Below, one piece after another: positions 38,226-49,240 of a DNA stretch of 64,000 nt. Position numbers and translations under genes: made by a program. The notes beneath the pieces are model-generated. The model was not told where the DNA came from. It ran no database searches and saw nothing but the letters and a program-made list of their open reading frames with translations. Each line of letters opens with the position of its first letter. Position 1 is the stretch's first letter. This DNA comes from an uncultured Alistipes sp. (GTDB lineage Bacteria; Bacteroidota; Bacteroidia; Bacteroidales; Rikenellaceae), in the NCBI GenBank assembly GCA_944320685.1, contig CALUIK010000007.1, forward strand, positions 51,747-115,746, in the 5' to 3' direction.

Positions 38226-39599
38226 TTAATAACGACCCTGAATGCGTCCCGTCTTCATCAGACCGTCGTAGTGACGCATCAGCAGGTAGCTCTCAATCTG
38301 CTTCAGAGTATCGAGGATCACACCCACCATGATCAGCAGCGACGTACCTCCGTAGAAGTATGCGAAATGCTGCTGTACGCCGAGGAACTTCATCGCCAGC
38401 GCCGGCATGATCGACACGAGCGCCAGGAAGACAGATCCCGGAAGGGTGATTCTCGTCATGATGGTGTCGATGTAGCTCACCGTCTGCTTGCCGGGCTTCA
38501 CTCCCGGAATAAAGCCTCCGTTGCGCTTCATGTCCTCTGCCATCATTTGAGGGTTGATGATGATCGCCGTATAGAAATAGGTGAAGGCGATCACCAACAC
38601 TGCCAGCGTGAAGTTGTACCAAAATCCCTGAATGTTGGAGAAAGCCCCCTGCAATCCCGGGATCAGCATCGGGATGAACATCAGTGCCTGCGCGAAGATG
38701 ATGGGCATCACATTGGCCGCATTCATCTTCAGCGGGATGTACTGACGCACGCCGCCGTACTGCTTGTTGCCGATAACACGCTTGGCATACTGTACAGGCA
38801 CCTTGCGGACGGCCTGTACCACGGCTATCGTTACCATGAACACCAGGAACAGGATCACAAGCTCCGCCACGAACATGATCAGGCTACCCGTCGAGGTGCT
38901 CACACGGGCCGAGAACTCGGCCAGCAGAGCCTGAGGCAGACGGGCCACGATACCGATCATGATGATGAGCGAGATTCCGTTGCCGATACCCTTGTCGGTG
39001 ATCTTCTCGCCAAGCCACATGGTAAACATCGTACCCGCGATAAGGATGACGGTGGCATAGGCGAAGAAGAGGAACGTTCCGCCATAGACGAACGCCTCGG
39101 GCATTCGTGCATAGAGGTTGGCCACGTAGGCCGGACCCTGAAGGCACAGCACCACAATGGTGAGCAGACGCGTCCACTGGTTCATCTTGCGGCGGCCGCT
39201 CTCTCCCTCCTTCTGCAGCTTCTGCACGGCAGGCACCATGATACCCAGCAGCTGGATGATGATCGACGCGGTGATATACGGCATCACGCCCAGAGCGAAG
39301 ATAGCGGCATTGGCGAATGCACCTCCCGAGAATACGTCCAGCAGCCCCAGCAGGGTGTTGCTGTTCATCTGGTCAGCCAAAGCCGAGTCCGCGCCCAATG
39401 CATTGGGGTTGATACCAGGTATGACCACAAAACAACCCAGACGGAATACAAGAAGCAGGCCCAGCGTATAGAGTATACGCTTGCGCAACTCCTCAATCTT
39501 GTATATGTTCTTGAGTGTTTCGATGAGTTTCTTGTTGGTAGCCAGCAGCAGCAGGATGATTACCACCACCACTATACCAACAATCATAAAACTGTTCAT
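38226..39599 (-). CDS. secY: Preprotein translocase subunit SecY (with extra N-terminal hydrophobic segment)
   Basis: IFALGVMPYITASII, WLGEKITDKGIGNGISLII, FIPGVKPG and GGTSLLIMVGV. Start is ATG 39599 or 39587. Confidence 0.97.
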   Translation of the reverse strand: MNSFMIVGIVVVVIILLLLATNKKLIETLKNIYKIEELRKRILYTLGLLLVFRLGCFVVIPGINPNALGADSALADQMNSNTLLGLLDVFSGGAFANAAIFALGVMPYITASIIIQLLGIMVPAVQKLQKEGESGRRKMNQWTRLLTIVVLCLQGPAYVANLYARMPEAFVYGGTFLFFAYATVILIAGTMFTMWLGEKITDKGIGNGISLIIMIGIVARLPQALLAEFSARVSTSTGSLIMFVAELVILFLVFMVTIAVVQAVRKVPVQYAKRVIGNKQYGGVRQYIPLKMNAANVMPIIFAQALMFIPMLIPGLQGAFSNIQGFWYNFTLAVLVIAFTYFYTAIIINPQMMAEDMKRNGGFIPGVKPGKQTVSYIDTIMTRITLPGSVFLALVSIMPALAMKFLGVQQHFAYFYGGTSLLIMVGVILDTLKQIESYLLMRHYDGLMKTGRIQGRY

Positions 39600-39619
39600 A
39601 TCGAATCGACGTTTTTAGG

Positions 39620-40066
39620 TTACAACTTTTCCACGCTGCCGCCGGCGGCAGTGATAGCCTCCTCGGCGCTTTTCGAGAAGGCGTGTGCCGTTACCGTCAG
39701 AGCCTTCGTGAGAGAGCCGTTGCCCAAAATCTTGACCTTGTCGTTCGATGACACGAATCCGGCGTCTACCAACGTCTCGACCGAGATCGCCGTAAGCGAA
39801 TTCTTCTCTGCAAGAGCTTCCAGAGCCGAAAGGTTGATAGGCTTAAACTCCACCCTCTTCAGATTCTTGAATCCGAACTTGGGAAGGCGTCGCTGCAAAG
39901 GCATCTGTCCGCCCTCGAATCCCAGCTTGCGCGAGTATCCCGAACGCGACTTGGCTCCCTTCAGTCCACGGGTGGCATAGCCGCCGCGACCCGAGCCTGC
40001 ACCGCGGCCTACTCGCTTGTCGTGATGCGTAGCGCCCTTTGCGGGCTTCAAGTTATTGAGTTCCAT
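39620..40066 (-). CDS. rplO: 50S ribosomal protein L15
   Basis: RVGRGAGSGRG and GFEGGQMPLQRRLPKFGF. Confidence 0.98.
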   Translation of the reverse strand: MELNNLKPAKGATHHDKRVGRGAGSGRGGYATRGLKGAKSRSGYSRKLGFEGGQMPLQRRLPKFGFKNLKRVEFKPINLSALEALAEKNSLTAISVETLVDAGFVSSNDKVKILGNGSLTKALTVTAHAFSKSAEEAITAAGGSVEKL

Positions 40067-40093
40067 ATTGAATTCAATCTTTAATCGTTAAAC

Positions 40094-40276
40094 TTATTTT
40101 ACCTGCTCGACCACCACGAGGTGCTTTACGCGTTCGAGCATACCCTTGATGATAGCCGAATCCTCGTGCTCGACACTCTGATGGATCTTGTGGAGACCCA
40201 GCGCATCGAGATTCTTGCGCTGCTGCGACGAAGCGCCGATACGGCTGCGAACCTGAGTGATTTTCAATTTTGCCAT
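40094..40276 (-). CDS. rpmD: 50S ribosomal protein L30
   Basis: KITQVRSRIG...LDALGL...GMLERVKHLV. Confidence 0.96.
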   Translation of the reverse strand: MAKLKITQVRSRIGASSQQRKNLDALGLHKIHQSVEHEDSAIIKGMLERVKHLVVVEQVK

Positions 40277-40289
40277 CCTGTTGCGCTTT

Positions 40290-40808
40290 TTATCCGTTAA
40301 ACACCTTGTTCATAGATATGCCGCGCGCCTGTGCCACGCTGCGGGCATCGCGCAGCTCGCACAGAGCCGCCACCGTAGCCTTCACCAAGTTGTGGGCATT
40401 CGACGATCCCTTGCTCTTGGCCAGCACGTTCTTCACGCCGACCGACTCCAGTACGGCACGCATGGCACCGCCCGCGATGATACCCGTACCGGGCGCGGCC
40501 GGACGGATCATTACCAGCGAACCGCCGAAACGCATCTCCTGCTTGTGGGGTATCGTACCGTTGATAACGGGGATCTTGACCAGATTCTTCTTTGCATCCT
40601 CAACGCCCTTTGCGATTGCCGACGTAACCTCCGATGCCTTGCCGAGGCCGTAGCCTACCACACCGTTCTCGTTACCTACCACGACAATGGCAGAGAAGCT
40701 GAATGTACGACCGCCCTTCGTCACCTTCGTGACGCGGTTGATGCTTACGAGCCTGTCCTTGAGCTCGAGGTCGCTTGTACGAACTTTCTTTATGTTGGTA
40801 TTTGACAT
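40290..40808 (-). CDS. rpsE: 30S ribosomal protein S5
   Basis: [12 protein letters not shown] and [12 protein letters not shown]. Confidence 0.98.
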   Translation of the reverse strand: MSNTNIKKVRTSDLELKDRLVSINRVTKVTKGGRTFSFSAIVVVGNENGVVGYGLGKASEVTSAIAKGVEDAKKNLVKIPVINGTIPHKQEMRFGGSLVMIRPAAPGTGIIAGGAMRAVLESVGVKNVLAKSKGSSNAHNLVKATVAALCELRDARSVAQARGISMNKVFNG

Positions 40809-40813
40809 ATCGC

Positions 40814-41176
40814 TTAGAATTTAAGACCACCCTCGCGAGCGGCGTCGGCTAACATTTTGATTCTTCCGTGATAGAGGTAACCGTTACGGTCGAACGACAC
40901 GGTCGAGATACCCTTCTCGACGGCGCGGCGCGCGGCCAGTTTGCCTACCATTGCCGCCACCTCGCTCTTGGTCTTGCCTGCCGTCTCGGCAGCGATCTCC
41001 TTGTCGAGCGAAGAAGCCGTGGCCAGAGTTACACCGGCGAGGTCATCAATAAACTGCACGTAGATCTGCTTGTTGCTACGGAATACAGTCATGCGAGGCT
41101 GCTCGGGCGTTCCGCTCACGATCTTGCGGATACGCATCTTGATCCTCTCTCTTCTTTCTATCTTATTCAATGACAT
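40814..41176 (-). CDS. rplR: 50S ribosomal protein L18
   Basis: [13 protein letters not shown] and [11 protein letters not shown]. Confidence 0.98.
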   Translation of the reverse strand: MSLNKIERRERIKMRIRKIVSGTPEQPRMTVFRSNKQIYVQFIDDLAGVTLATASSLDKEIAAETAGKTKSEVAAMVGKLAARRAVEKGISTVSFDRNGYLYHGRIKMLADAAREGGLKF

Positions 41177-41195
41177 AACGCTTGACTTGTTTTAA

Positions 41196-41780
41196 CTATT
41201 TAGAAGCTGACTTACCGGCCTTGCGACGCAGGGTCTCGCCCACGAACTTGATACCCTTACCCTTATAAGGCTCCGGCTTGCGCAGCGAGCGGATCTTCGC
41301 TGCCACCTGACCGATGAGCTGCTTGTCGATGCTCGTAAGCGTGATGATGGGGTTGCCCTTCTTCTCCGTAACGGCCGTAGCCTTGATCTCGGGAGGAAGC
41401 ATAAGTGCCGTATCATGCGAATATCCGAGGCTCATCTCCAGGATGTTACCCTTGACTTCGGCCTTGTAGCCGACACCCACGAGCTCCTGCTTGATCTCGT
41501 AGCCCTTCGATACGCCGATGACCATGTTGTTGATCAGCGCACGGTAAAGTCCGTGCAGCGAACGGTGACGCGGCTGGTTGGTAGGACGGCTCACCATGAC
41601 GGCAGGCTCCTGCTTGCCAGTGTGAGCGTCGGTGTGCGTTCCGACCTCGACCTTAATGTCTGAATCAACCTTCTGACTCAGTGTCCCAAGTGGCCCTTTC
41701 ACCAATACCGTGTTATCGGGTGCGACCTCCACCGTCACTCCCGCCGGCAAGATTACAGGTAATTTACCAATTCTTGACAT
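41196..41780 (-). CDS. rplF: 50S ribosomal protein L6
   Basis: MSRIGKLPV, HGLYRALINNMV and RKPEPYKGKGI. Confidence 0.98.
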   Translation of the reverse strand: MSRIGKLPVILPAGVTVEVAPDNTVLVKGPLGTLSQKVDSDIKVEVGTHTDAHTGKQEPAVMVSRPTNQPRHRSLHGLYRALINNMVIGVSKGYEIKQELVGVGYKAEVKGNILEMSLGYSHDTALMLPPEIKATAVTEKKGNPIITLTSIDKQLIGQVAAKIRSLRKPEPYKGKGIKFVGETLRRKAGKSASK

Positions 41781-41845
41781 TTTGTTTCGTTTGTTTTGTT
41801 AGTGAATTCGTTTTTCTTTGGCGTCTCTCTTACCGTCCCCTGCCG

Positions 41846-42244
41846 TTAGTATACGTAGCAGAGAACCTCGCCGCCAACATTCTCCTTGCGGGCCTTCGCG
41901 TCGGTCATGATACCCTTCGACGTCGACAGGATGGCAATGCCCAGGCCGTTCAGCACGCGGGGCATATCCGATACCGACGCGTAACGGCGCAGACCCGGGC
42001 GGCTGATGCGCTTGAGGTCCTTGATGGCGTTGGTCTTGGTAGCGGCATCCCACTTCAGAGCGATCTTGATGGTGGGATGGCCCTTCTCGTCGGTGTCGAA
42101 CTTATAGGCCAGAATATAGCCCTGCTCGTAGAGAATCTTCGTAATTTCCTGCTTAATTTTTGAGCCAGGAGCTTCAACCACTTTGTGGTTGGCTTTCACT
42201 GCGTTTCTAATTCGAGTTAGAAAATCCGCGATTGGATCTGTCAT
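41846..42244 (-). CDS. rpsH: 30S ribosomal protein S8
   Basis: [24 protein letters not shown] and LSTSKGIMT. Confidence 0.98.
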   Translation of the reverse strand: MTDPIADFLTRIRNAVKANHKVVEAPGSKIKQEITKILYEQGYILAYKFDTDEKGHPTIKIALKWDAATKTNAIKDLKRISRPGLRRYASVSDMPRVLNGLGIAILSTSKGIMTDAKARKENVGGEVLCYVY

Positions 42245-42373
42245 AATGAATTAAAAGTTAAAAATTAATACTAAAATCGGTTTTCGTCAACTGCTTTCCC
42301 CGTTCGGGGGCTCCGCCGCTCGGGCCTTCTGCCGCCCGTACAGGGCATACCCGCGCGACCGCGACAATGCGCG

Positions 42374-42381
42374 CAAATATA
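42374..42381 (-). promoter_or_regulatory. Internal Bacteroidota -7 promoter element upstream of rpsH
   Basis: TATATTTGCG on the minus strand in an AT-rich patch, about 130 nt upstream of the rpsH ATG. Confidence 0.7.
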
Positions 42382-42880
42382 CGCATAAAATTCCGAAAAA
42401 TCGCCTTTTTATCTTTAATATTTAAGCGATTATACGGTTTTTCGCGCAAAAACGCACCCGAAAGCGTGGATTTCTCCCGATCGGGCCGCCCCAACGACAA
42501 AAGTCGCAACCGGCACCGCGCTCCGCGCGCGGGTCAGCCACAACCATGTCGTCCCGTCCGAACGGTCCCCATCAAGAGCACCGTATGCCGCTCGCTGCGG
42601 CCGGTGTCGGGCTGCGTAACTCGATGCCTAACCCTTTCCGCCGTTCCGATACCGAGAAGTTACCGCCCGCGGGCGGCACTTTCCTCCGTACCTGATACGG
42701 AATACTCGGGATTCTGCATCCGTATTGAAGGCCGTCTCTTGGATACGCTCCGCGCGCATCACGGGCACCTTGCGGACGGGACGCGCCGATACAACGCCCA
42801 GCCCCTGTCGGGCACCCTCCGAATACGGCCCTCCGAAGAGCATATCGGCGGGGTCAGAGCCGGAACTCTTCCGCACGCCG

Positions 42881-42916
42881 AAAAACCAGCCGGAGCGCGG
42901 CACATGCTGCGCCCCG
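42881..42916 (-). terminator. Candidate terminator after rpsN
   Basis: Minus strand CGGGGCGC...GCGCTCCG stem (one G-U pair) followed by GCTGGTTTTT. Confidence 0.45.
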
Positions 42917-42929
42917 ACGCTATCGTATT

Positions 42930-43226
42930 TTACCAGCTTGCCTTCTTGACACCCGGGATGAGGCCCTTTGACGCCATCTCGCGGAACTGGATACGGCTGA
43001 CGCCGAACTGACGCATGTAACCCTTCGGGCGGCCCGTCAGCTTGCAACGGTTGTGCTGGCGTATGGGATTCGAGTTGCGGGGCAGCTTCGACAGAGCGAT
43101 CCACGCCTCCTCGTGATCCATCTCGCCGCTCTTGACCTTGGCAGCTATCTCCTCACGCTTATGGGCATAACGGTTTGCAAGTTTCACACGCTTCACCTCG
43201 CGTGCCTTCATTGATTCTTTTGCCAT
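42930..43226 (-). CDS. rpsN: 30S ribosomal protein S14 (long, zinc-independent type)
   Basis: [35 protein letters not shown] and [11 protein letters not shown]. Only one Cys. Confidence 0.97.
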   Translation of the reverse strand: MAKESMKAREVKRVKLANRYAHKREEIAAKVKSGEMDHEEAWIALSKLPRNSNPIRQHNRCKLTGRPKGYMRQFGVSRIQFREMASKGLIPGVKKASW

Positions 43227-43228
43227 AC

Positions 43229-43789
43229 CTATTGGTTCTTTTTAGCGTTCTTGAAAGGAAGGCCGAACTCGCGCAGAAGGGCGTAGCCCTCCTCGTCGCT
43301 CTGTGCCGTCGTGACGAAAGTTATCTCCATGCCGAAGATCTTGGTGATCTTGTCGATATCGATCTCGGGGAAGATGATCTGCTCGCTGATGCCCAGCGTG
43401 TAGTTGCCGCTGCCGTCGAACTTCTCGTTGATACCCTTGAAGTCGCGGATACGGGGCAGGGCCACTGCGATCAGTCGCTCCAGGAACTCGTACATGCGGT
43501 TGCGGCGCAGCGTGACACGCACGCCGATAGGCATGCCGCGACGCAACTTGAAGTTCGAAATATCCTTGCGAGACTTCGTCTGAACTGCCTTCTGACCGGT
43601 TATCTGGGTAAGCTCGGCCTGTGCAACGTCGATAAGCTTCTTATCCGACACGGCCTGTCCCATACCCTGATTGATGACGATCTTTTCGAGCTTGGGGCAC
43701 TGCATTACGCTGGTGTAGCCAAACTCCTTCATCAGAGCAGGCACTACCTGCTCCTTATACTGCGTTTTAAGTGTTGGTACGTATGCCAT
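43229..43789 (-). CDS. rplE: 50S ribosomal protein L5
   Basis: [29 protein letters not shown] and FPEID. Confidence 0.98.
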   Translation of the reverse strand: MAYVPTLKTQYKEQVVPALMKEFGYTSVMQCPKLEKIVINQGMGQAVSDKKLIDVAQAELTQITGQKAVQTKSRKDISNFKLRRGMPIGVRVTLRRNRMYEFLERLIAVALPRIRDFKGINEKFDGSGNYTLGISEQIIFPEIDIDKITKIFGMEITFVTTAQSDEEGYALLREFGLPFKNAKKNQ

Positions 43790-44112
43790 TATTTGATCTC
43801 CTCTCCTGACTTTTTAGCGTAACGAACTAACTTACCTTTGGCGTCCGCCTTGCGGCCGATGCGAGTGGGTTTGCCGCTCTTGGGATCGAGCACCTGCAGA
43901 TTCGAGATGTGGATCGGAGCCTCCTGCTCGATGATTCCACCCTGAGGATTCTTGGCATTGGGCTTGGTAGCCTTCTTGCAGAGATTCACGCCCTCGACGA
44001 TAGCGCGCTGCTTGGCCGGATCAACCTCGAGCACCTTACCCTGCTGACCCTTGCTGTCGCCGGCATTGACGTAAACCATGTCCCCTTTCTTGATATGTAA
44101 CTTGACTGACAT
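43789..44112 (-). CDS. rplX: 50S ribosomal protein L24
   Basis: [16 protein letters not shown] and EAPIHISN. Confidence 0.97.
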   Translation of the reverse strand: MSVKLHIKKGDMVYVNAGDSKGQQGKVLEVDPAKQRAIVEGVNLCKKATKPNAKNPQGGIIEQEAPIHISNLQVLDPKSGKPTRIGRKADAKGKLVRYAKKSGEEIK

Positions 44113-44130
44113 CTTTTACTTCTTTTTTGA

Positions 44131-44496
44131 TTACAATACTTCAGGTGCCAACGAAATGATCTTCATGTACTGGTCGCGCAGCTCGCGGGCCACGGGACCG
44201 AAGATTCGAGTACCGCGCATCTCGCCCTGATTGTTCAGAAGCACAACGGCGTTGTCGTCGAAACGTATGTACGAACCGTTGGCGCGTCTTATCTCCTTGG
44301 TCGTTCTTACTACAACCGCTTTCGAAACGGCTCCCTTCTTAACGTCGCCCGACGGGCTGGCGCTCTTCACAGCTACGACGATCTTGTCGCCGATAGATGC
44401 GTAGCGGCGCTTTGTTCCGCCAAGCACACGGATGCAAAGGACCTCCTTCGCACCGCTGTTGTCAGCTACCACTAATCTACTTTCTTGCTGTATCAT
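44131..44496 (-). CDS. rplN: 50S ribosomal protein L14
   Basis: [17 protein letters not shown] and [13 protein letters not shown]. Confidence 0.98.
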   Translation of the reverse strand: MIQQESRLVVADNSGAKEVLCIRVLGGTKRRYASIGDKIVVAVKSASPSGDVKKGAVSKAVVVRTTKEIRRANGSYIRFDDNAVVLLNNQGEMRGTRIFGPVARELRDQYMKIISLAPEVL

Positions 44497-44498
44497 AA

Positions 44499-44753
44499 CT
44501 ACTTAGCTCTTTCAATGATTTGTACTAATCTCCAACGCTTCGTCTTGCTCAGGGGGCGCGTCTCCATGATGCGGACGGTATCGCCCTCCTTCACGCTATC
44601 GTCGGTGCACTCGGCTACGAACTTCGTAGTTTTGTTCACGAACTTGCCATAGATGGGATGCTTAACCTTACGCGCTACCGCAACCACAATGGTCTTCTCC
44701 ATTTTGTTGCTGACAACCAACCCGATGCGCTCTTTTCTAAGATTTCTTTCCAT
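44499..44753 (-). CDS. rpsQ: 30S ribosomal protein S17
   Basis: [21 protein letters not shown] and [11 protein letters not shown]. Start at ATG 44753. Confidence 0.97.
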   Translation of the reverse strand: MERNLRKERIGLVVSNKMEKTIVVAVARKVKHPIYGKFVNKTTKFVAECTDDSVKEGDTVRIMETRPLSKTKRWRLVQIIERAK

Positions 44754-44761
44754 AGTGGTAA

Positions 44762-44956
44762 TTAACATTTAGGGTTCTTTTGACGCAGAATCGTCAGCAT
44801 ACGAGCTATATCTCTGCGGGACTTCTTTATGATCGAAGGATTCTCGACCGGTGAGACCGCATGCTGCACCTTCAACGACGCGAGCTTAGCCTTCTCGGCC
44901 TCGATGCGTTCCTGCAGGTCCTGTACCGACATATCCTTTATTTCAGCACTTTTCAT
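44762..44956 (-). CDS. rpmC: 50S ribosomal protein L29
   Basis: [10 protein letters not shown]...[15 protein letters not shown]. Confidence 0.96.
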   Translation of the reverse strand: MKSAEIKDMSVQDLQERIEAEKAKLASLKVQHAVSPVENPSIIKKSRRDIARMLTILRQKNPKC

Positions 44957-44975
44957 CTCTTTCTCTGTTTAGTGA

Positions 44976-45395
44976 TTATTCAACATAATCGCGTCGCACG
45001 ATAAACTTGGTCGTAATAGGCAGTTTCTGCGCTCCCAGACGAAGCGCCTCCTGCGCTACCTCCAAGGGCACGCCCTCGGCTTCGAAAAGTATGCGTCCCG
45101 GAGTTACGGGAGCCACGAATCCTTCCGGATTACCCTTACCCTTACCCATACGCACCTCGGCGGGCTTCTTCGTGATGGGCTTGTCGGGGAAGATGCGGAT
45201 CCAGATCTGACCCTCACGCTTCATGTATCGGGTAATCGCCTGACGCGCCGCCTCGATCTGGCGGCCGGTGATCCATGTCGATTCAAGTGCCTTGATTCCG
45301 AACGAACCGTATGCAAGCTGGTTTCCTCTTTGAGCGAAACCCTTCATACGACCCTTCTGCATTCTTCTAAACTTGGTCTTTTTTGGCTGTAACAT
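44976..45395 (-). CDS. rplP: 50S ribosomal protein L16
   Basis: [16 protein letters not shown] and VRMGKGKG. Confidence 0.98.
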   Translation of the reverse strand: MLQPKKTKFRRMQKGRMKGFAQRGNQLAYGSFGIKALESTWITGRQIEAARQAITRYMKREGQIWIRIFPDKPITKKPAEVRMGKGKGNPEGFVAPVTPGRILFEAEGVPLEVAQEALRLGAQKLPITTKFIVRRDYVE

Positions 45396-45420
45396 AACTG
45401 TTTTTTCGCTTTAAAAGGTC

Positions 45421-46155
45421 CTACTTACTATTGTTGTTGCGTCTTTTTCTCGGAGCGCCCTTGCCGCCGCGGTGCTGCGGCGCGCCGCCCTGCTGCGAGG
45501 CTGCGCCCTGAATCTCGAACAGGTCGCGCTTGCCGTATACCGTGCCGTGGCATATCCATACCTTGATTCCGAGGATGCCCACCTTCGTCAGGGCCTCGGC
45601 CAGGCAATAGTCGACATCGGCGCGGAACGTGTGCAGAGGGATACGCCCCTCCTTGATCATCTCGCTGCGGGCTATCTCGGCGCCGCCTACACGGCCTGAA
45701 ATCTGAACCTTGATACCCTCGGCGCCCATACGCATCGTAGAGGCGATCGTGGTCTTGATGGCACGGCGGTACGACACACGGCCCTCCAGCTGGCGGGCGA
45801 TGTTGTTCGCTACGATCATGGCATCGACCTCGGGGCGCTTTACCTCGAAGATATTGATCTGTATCTCCTTGCCGGTGAGCTTCTTCAACTCCTCCTTCAG
45901 TTTGTCGACCTCCTGACCGCCCTTGCCGATGATGATGCCCGGGCGGGCCGTAGAGATGGTAACCGTAACCAGCTTGAGCGTGCGCTCGATGATAATGCGC
46001 GAGATGCTCGCCTTGGCCAAACGGACATTCAAGTACTTGCGGATCTTAGCGTCTTCTACCAATTTCTCTGAGAAATCCTTACCACCATACCAGTTGGAAT
46101 CCCAACCTTTGATGATACCAAGACGGTTTGCTATTGGATTTACTTTCTGTCCCAT
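45421..46155 (-). CDS. rpsC: 30S ribosomal protein S3
   Basis: [23 protein letters not shown] and [14 protein letters not shown]. Confidence 0.98.
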   Translation of the reverse strand: MGQKVNPIANRLGIIKGWDSNWYGGKDFSEKLVEDAKIRKYLNVRLAKASISRIIIERTLKLVTVTISTARPGIIIGKGGQEVDKLKEELKKLTGKEIQINIFEVKRPEVDAMIVANNIARQLEGRVSYRRAIKTTIASTMRMGAEGIKVQISGRVGGAEIARSEMIKEGRIPLHTFRADVDYCLAEALTKVGILGIKVWICHGTVYGKRDLFEIQGAASQQGGAPQHRGGKGAPRKRRNNNSK

Positions 46156-46159
46156 TTGC

Positions 46160-46570
46160 TTACTTGTTTTCTGCGGTTACCATTTTGTCTACTACGATGG
46201 TCACGTGGTTCGAACGCTTGCGGATACGGTGGGCGCGGCCCTGAGGCGCTGCCTGTATGCGCTTGAGCATACGGCCGCCGTCGACCATGATCTCCTTGAC
46301 GCACAGCGTGACGTCCTCCAGACGCTCGCCCTCGTTCTTGGCCTCCCAGTTGGCGATAGCCGACTTGAGGAGCTTCTCCATTCTTACAGACGCCTCTTTC
46401 TTCGAGTAGCGAAGAATGCCCAGCGCCTTGTTTATCTCCACGCCGCGGATGATGTCGGCAACCAAACGCATCTTGCGCGGAGAGGTCGGGCAATCGCGCA
46501 TGACGGCGATGGCCTTCTGCTTCTTTTCAGCCTTTAATTTCTCGGCTCTTATTGCTTTTCTTGAACCCAT
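46160..46570 (-). CDS. rplV: 50S ribosomal protein L22
   Basis: [14 protein letters not shown] and [15 protein letters not shown]. Confidence 0.98.
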   Translation of the reverse strand: MGSRKAIRAEKLKAEKKQKAIAVMRDCPTSPRKMRLVADIIRGVEINKALGILRYSKKEASVRMEKLLKSAIANWEAKNEGERLEDVTLCVKEIMVDGGRMLKRIQAAPQGRAHRIRKRSNHVTIVVDKMVTAENK

Positions 46571-46576
46571 TGTCTA

Positions 46577-46846
46577 CTATTTTTTCTTGTTACCTGCATG
46601 ACCACGGAAATTGCGGGTGGGGGCGAACTCGCCCAACTTGTGTCCCACCATGTTCTCGGTTACGTAAACGGGAATGAACTTGTTTCCGTTGTGGACAGCT
46701 ATCGTCTGACCGACGAAGTCAGGCGAAATCATACTTGCGCGCGACCATGTCTTGATGACAGTCTTCTTGTTACCCTCGGCCTGCGCTATAACTTTAGCCT
46801 CCAGCTTGGGGTCGATGAATGGTCCTTTTTTTAATGAACGGCTCAT
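46577..46846 (-). CDS. rpsS: 30S ribosomal protein S19
   Basis: [10 protein letters not shown] and [13 protein letters not shown]. Confidence 0.98.
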   Translation of the reverse strand: MSRSLKKGPFIDPKLEAKVIAQAEGNKKTVIKTWSRASMISPDFVGQTIAVHNGNKFIPVYVTENMVGHKLGEFAPTRNFRGHAGNKKK

Positions 46847-46863
46847 TATGATACTCTATTTAA

Positions 46864-47688
46864 TTATTTTTTCTTTCTTGAAATAATGAACTTCGAGGTC
46901 GTTTTCTTCGGGTTACGAGTCTTATAACCCTTAGCCAACAATCCCTTGCGCGAACGCGGGTGACCTCCCGAAGCACGGCCTTCACCGCCACCCATCGGGT
47001 GATCAACAGGGTTCATCACGACACCGCGGTTGCGCGGACGGCGGCCCAGCCAGCGGTTGCGGCCGGCCTTGCCCGAGCTCTCGAGGTTGTGATCGACGTT
47101 CGATACCACGCCGATGGTGGCGCGGCAAGTTACGAGTACCATACGAGTCTCGCCTGAAGGCAACTTGATGATAGCGAATTTTCCTTCGCGTGCCAGAAGC
47201 TGAGCATACGAACCGGCCGAACGTGCCATCGCAGCACCCTGACCGGGGTAGAGTTCAATATTGTGCACCACCGTTCCCAGAGGTATCTCACTAAGGAACA
47301 AGGTGTTTCCGACCTCGGGAGCAACACCCGCACCGCTCATGACCGTCTGGCCGACCTTCAGGCCGTTGGGAGCGAGGATATAGCTCTTCTCGCCGTCGGC
47401 GTACACCACCAGAGCGATGCGTGCCGTACGGTTCGGGTCGTACTCGATAGTCTTTACAGTAGCGGCAATACCGTCCTTAGAGCGCTTGAAGTCGACGTTA
47501 CGATACATCTGCTTGTGACCGCCGCCGATGTAGCGCATGGTCATCTTACCCGTATTGTTACGTCCTCCCGTGCTCTTCTTGGCGCTGAGCAGCGACTTTT
47601 CGGGCGTCGTGCATGTGATCTCGTCGAAGGCGCCAATGATCTTATGTCTCGTACCGGCTGTTACCGGCTTAAACTTTCTTACTGCCAT
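46864..47688 (-). CDS. rplB: 50S ribosomal protein L2
   Basis: [22 protein letters not shown] and [13 protein letters not shown]. Confidence 0.98.
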   Translation of the reverse strand: MAVRKFKPVTAGTRHKIIGAFDEITCTTPEKSLLSAKKSTGGRNNTGKMTMRYIGGGHKQMYRNVDFKRSKDGIAATVKTIEYDPNRTARIALVVYADGEKSYILAPNGLKVGQTVMSGAGVAPEVGNTLFLSEIPLGTVVHNIELYPGQGAAMARSAGSYAQLLAREGKFAIIKLPSGETRMVLVTCRATIGVVSNVDHNLESSGKAGRNRWLGRRPRNRGVVMNPVDHPMGGGEGRASGGHPRSRKGLLAKGYKTRNPKKTTSKFIISRKKK

Positions 47689-47693
47689 GTCTG

Positions 47694-47984
47694 TTAGATA
47701 TTACTGTAAAAATCTATCTTGTCTCCATCCTTCAAGGTGACCACGGCCTTCTTGAAGTTGTTGGCGCGGCCCTCGAGAAGGCCCGCCTTCGTGTAGCGGC
47801 TCTTGAGCTTGCCCATGTAATTGGCGGTGTTGACATCCGTCACCACGACGTTGTACATCTGCTCCACCGCGTTGCGGATCTGCAGTTTGTTAGCTCTAAC
47901 GTCGACGATAAAACCGTAGCGGTTCAGTTTTTCGCCCTGAATCGTCATTTTCTCGGTCAGTATAGGCTTAATTATAACTTCCAT
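47694..47984 (-). CDS. rplW: 50S ribosomal protein L23
   Basis: [20 protein letters not shown] and KKAVVTL. Confidence 0.97.
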   Translation of the reverse strand: MEVIIKPILTEKMTIQGEKLNRYGFIVDVRANKLQIRNAVEQMYNVVVTDVNTANYMGKLKSRYTKAGLLEGRANNFKKAVVTLKDGDKIDFYSNI

Positions 47985-47997
47985 CTTTCTTGCGTTT

Positions 47998-48624
47998 TTA
48001 AGCTAACATTACATTCAATACGTTCTCTGCTCCCTCGACCATAACCAGCACGTTGGCATTCATAACCTCATAGGTGTTGATGTTGGCGGCCAGAATGGGC
48101 TTCACCGAGGGAATGTTGCGGCATGACAGCTGAAGGTTGGCATTGCCTTCGGGCAGTACGAGCAGCACCTTCTTGTCCGCGACCTTCAGTGCCTTGGTCA
48201 GAGCCTCGACCTGCTTGGTCTTGGGGGCCTCCAGCGTCATCGGCTCGACTACCGTGATGGCGCCGGCCTGTGCCTTGTAGGTCAGGGCGCTGCGACGCGC
48301 CAGACGCTTGAGCTTCTTGTTGAGCTTGAAGCTGTAGTCGCGGGGCACGGGGCCGAATACGCGGCCGCCGCCCGGGAACAGAGGCGACTTGATGCTGCCG
48401 CAGCGTGCGCCGCCGGTACCTTTCTGGCGCTTGAGCTTGCGCGTAGAGCCCGCAACCTCGTTACGCTGCTTCGACTTGTGCGTACCCTGACGCTGATCCG
48501 CCAGATACTGCTTCACGTCGAGATAGATAGCGTGGTCATTAGCCTCCACGCCGAAGACCGCATCCGAAAGGACCACCTTGCGTCCGGTCTCTTGTCCTTG
48601 TGTGTTATAAACAGCTAATTCCAT
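47998..48624 (-). CDS. rplD: 50S ribosomal protein L4
   Basis: [20 protein letters not shown] and [10 protein letters not shown]. Start at MELAVY. Confidence 0.97.
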   Translation of the reverse strand: MELAVYNTQGQETGRKVVLSDAVFGVEANDHAIYLDVKQYLADQRQGTHKSKQRNEVAGSTRKLKRQKGTGGARCGSIKSPLFPGGGRVFGPVPRDYSFKLNKKLKRLARRSALTYKAQAGAITVVEPMTLEAPKTKQVEALTKALKVADKKVLLVLPEGNANLQLSCRNIPSVKPILAANINTYEVMNANVLVMVEGAENVLNVMLA

Positions 48625-48625
48625 A

Positions 48626-49240
48626 CTACTTCTCAATTGTTAAATAAGCACCTTTTGCCCCGGGAATCGAACCCTTAACCAGAATGAGGTTGTTCTCGGG
48701 AATAACCTTCAATACCTTCAGATTTACAACCTTAACCTGATCGCCGCCCATACGTCCGGCCAAACGCTTGCCCTTGAATACGCGCGACGGATAAGACGAG
48801 GCGCCCAGCGAACCCGGCTTGCGCTGACGGTTGTGCTGGCCGTGGGTCTGGCCGCCGACACCGCCGAAGCCGTGGCGCTTCACTACACCCTGAAAGCCTT
48901 TGCCCTTCGAGATCCCCGTCACGTCGACCCAGTCCTCCTCCGAGAACATATCGACGGTGAGCGTGTCACCGAGGTTCACTTCGGGCATACCCTTGAATTC
49001 AGCCATCTTGCGCTTGGGGGTGGTGCCGGCCTTCTTGAAGTGTCCTAACAAACTGTTGCTGGTGTGTTTTTCACTTTTGTCGTCATAGGCAACCTGAACG
49101 GCCTCGTAAGAATCCTTCTCGACCGTCTTGATTTGCGTAACTACACACGGACCAGCCTCAATGACAGTGCATGGTATGTTCTTACCCTCGGCACTGTAAA
49201 CGGAAGTCATTCCGATCTTCTTTCCAATTAGTCCTGACAT
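48626..49240 (-). CDS. rplC: 50S ribosomal protein L3
   Basis: [22 protein letters not shown] and [10 protein letters not shown]. Confidence 0.98.
   Translation of the reverse strand: MSGLIGKKIGMTSVYSAEGKNIPCTVIEAGPCVVTQIKTVEKDSYEAVQVAYDDKSEKHTSNSLLGHFKKAGTTPKRKMAEFKGMPEVNLGDTLTVDMFSEEDWVDVTGISKGKGFQGVVKRHGFGGVGGQTHGQHNRQRKPGSLGASSYPSRVFKGKRLAGRMGGDQVKVVNLKVLKVIPENNLILVKGSIPGAKGAYLTIEK

Noticed and set aside
42660-42695. Minus-strand GGAGGAAAGTGCC resembles the RNase P RNA 5' motif GAGGAAAGTCC
   Set aside because: The motif is imperfect, and I found no matching 3' AAnnCGGCTTA half of P4 or other conserved RNase P blocks.
42628-43104. 158-aa and 214-aa ORFs crossing the rpsN-rpsH gap
   Set aside because: They overlap rpsN or the rpsH promoter, have shadow-like composition and show no motifs.
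36978-43226. Zinc-independent forms of L36, S14 and S4
   Set aside because: Loss of zinc-ribbon cysteines in these proteins is typical of Bacteroidota and does not indicate paralog swapping here.
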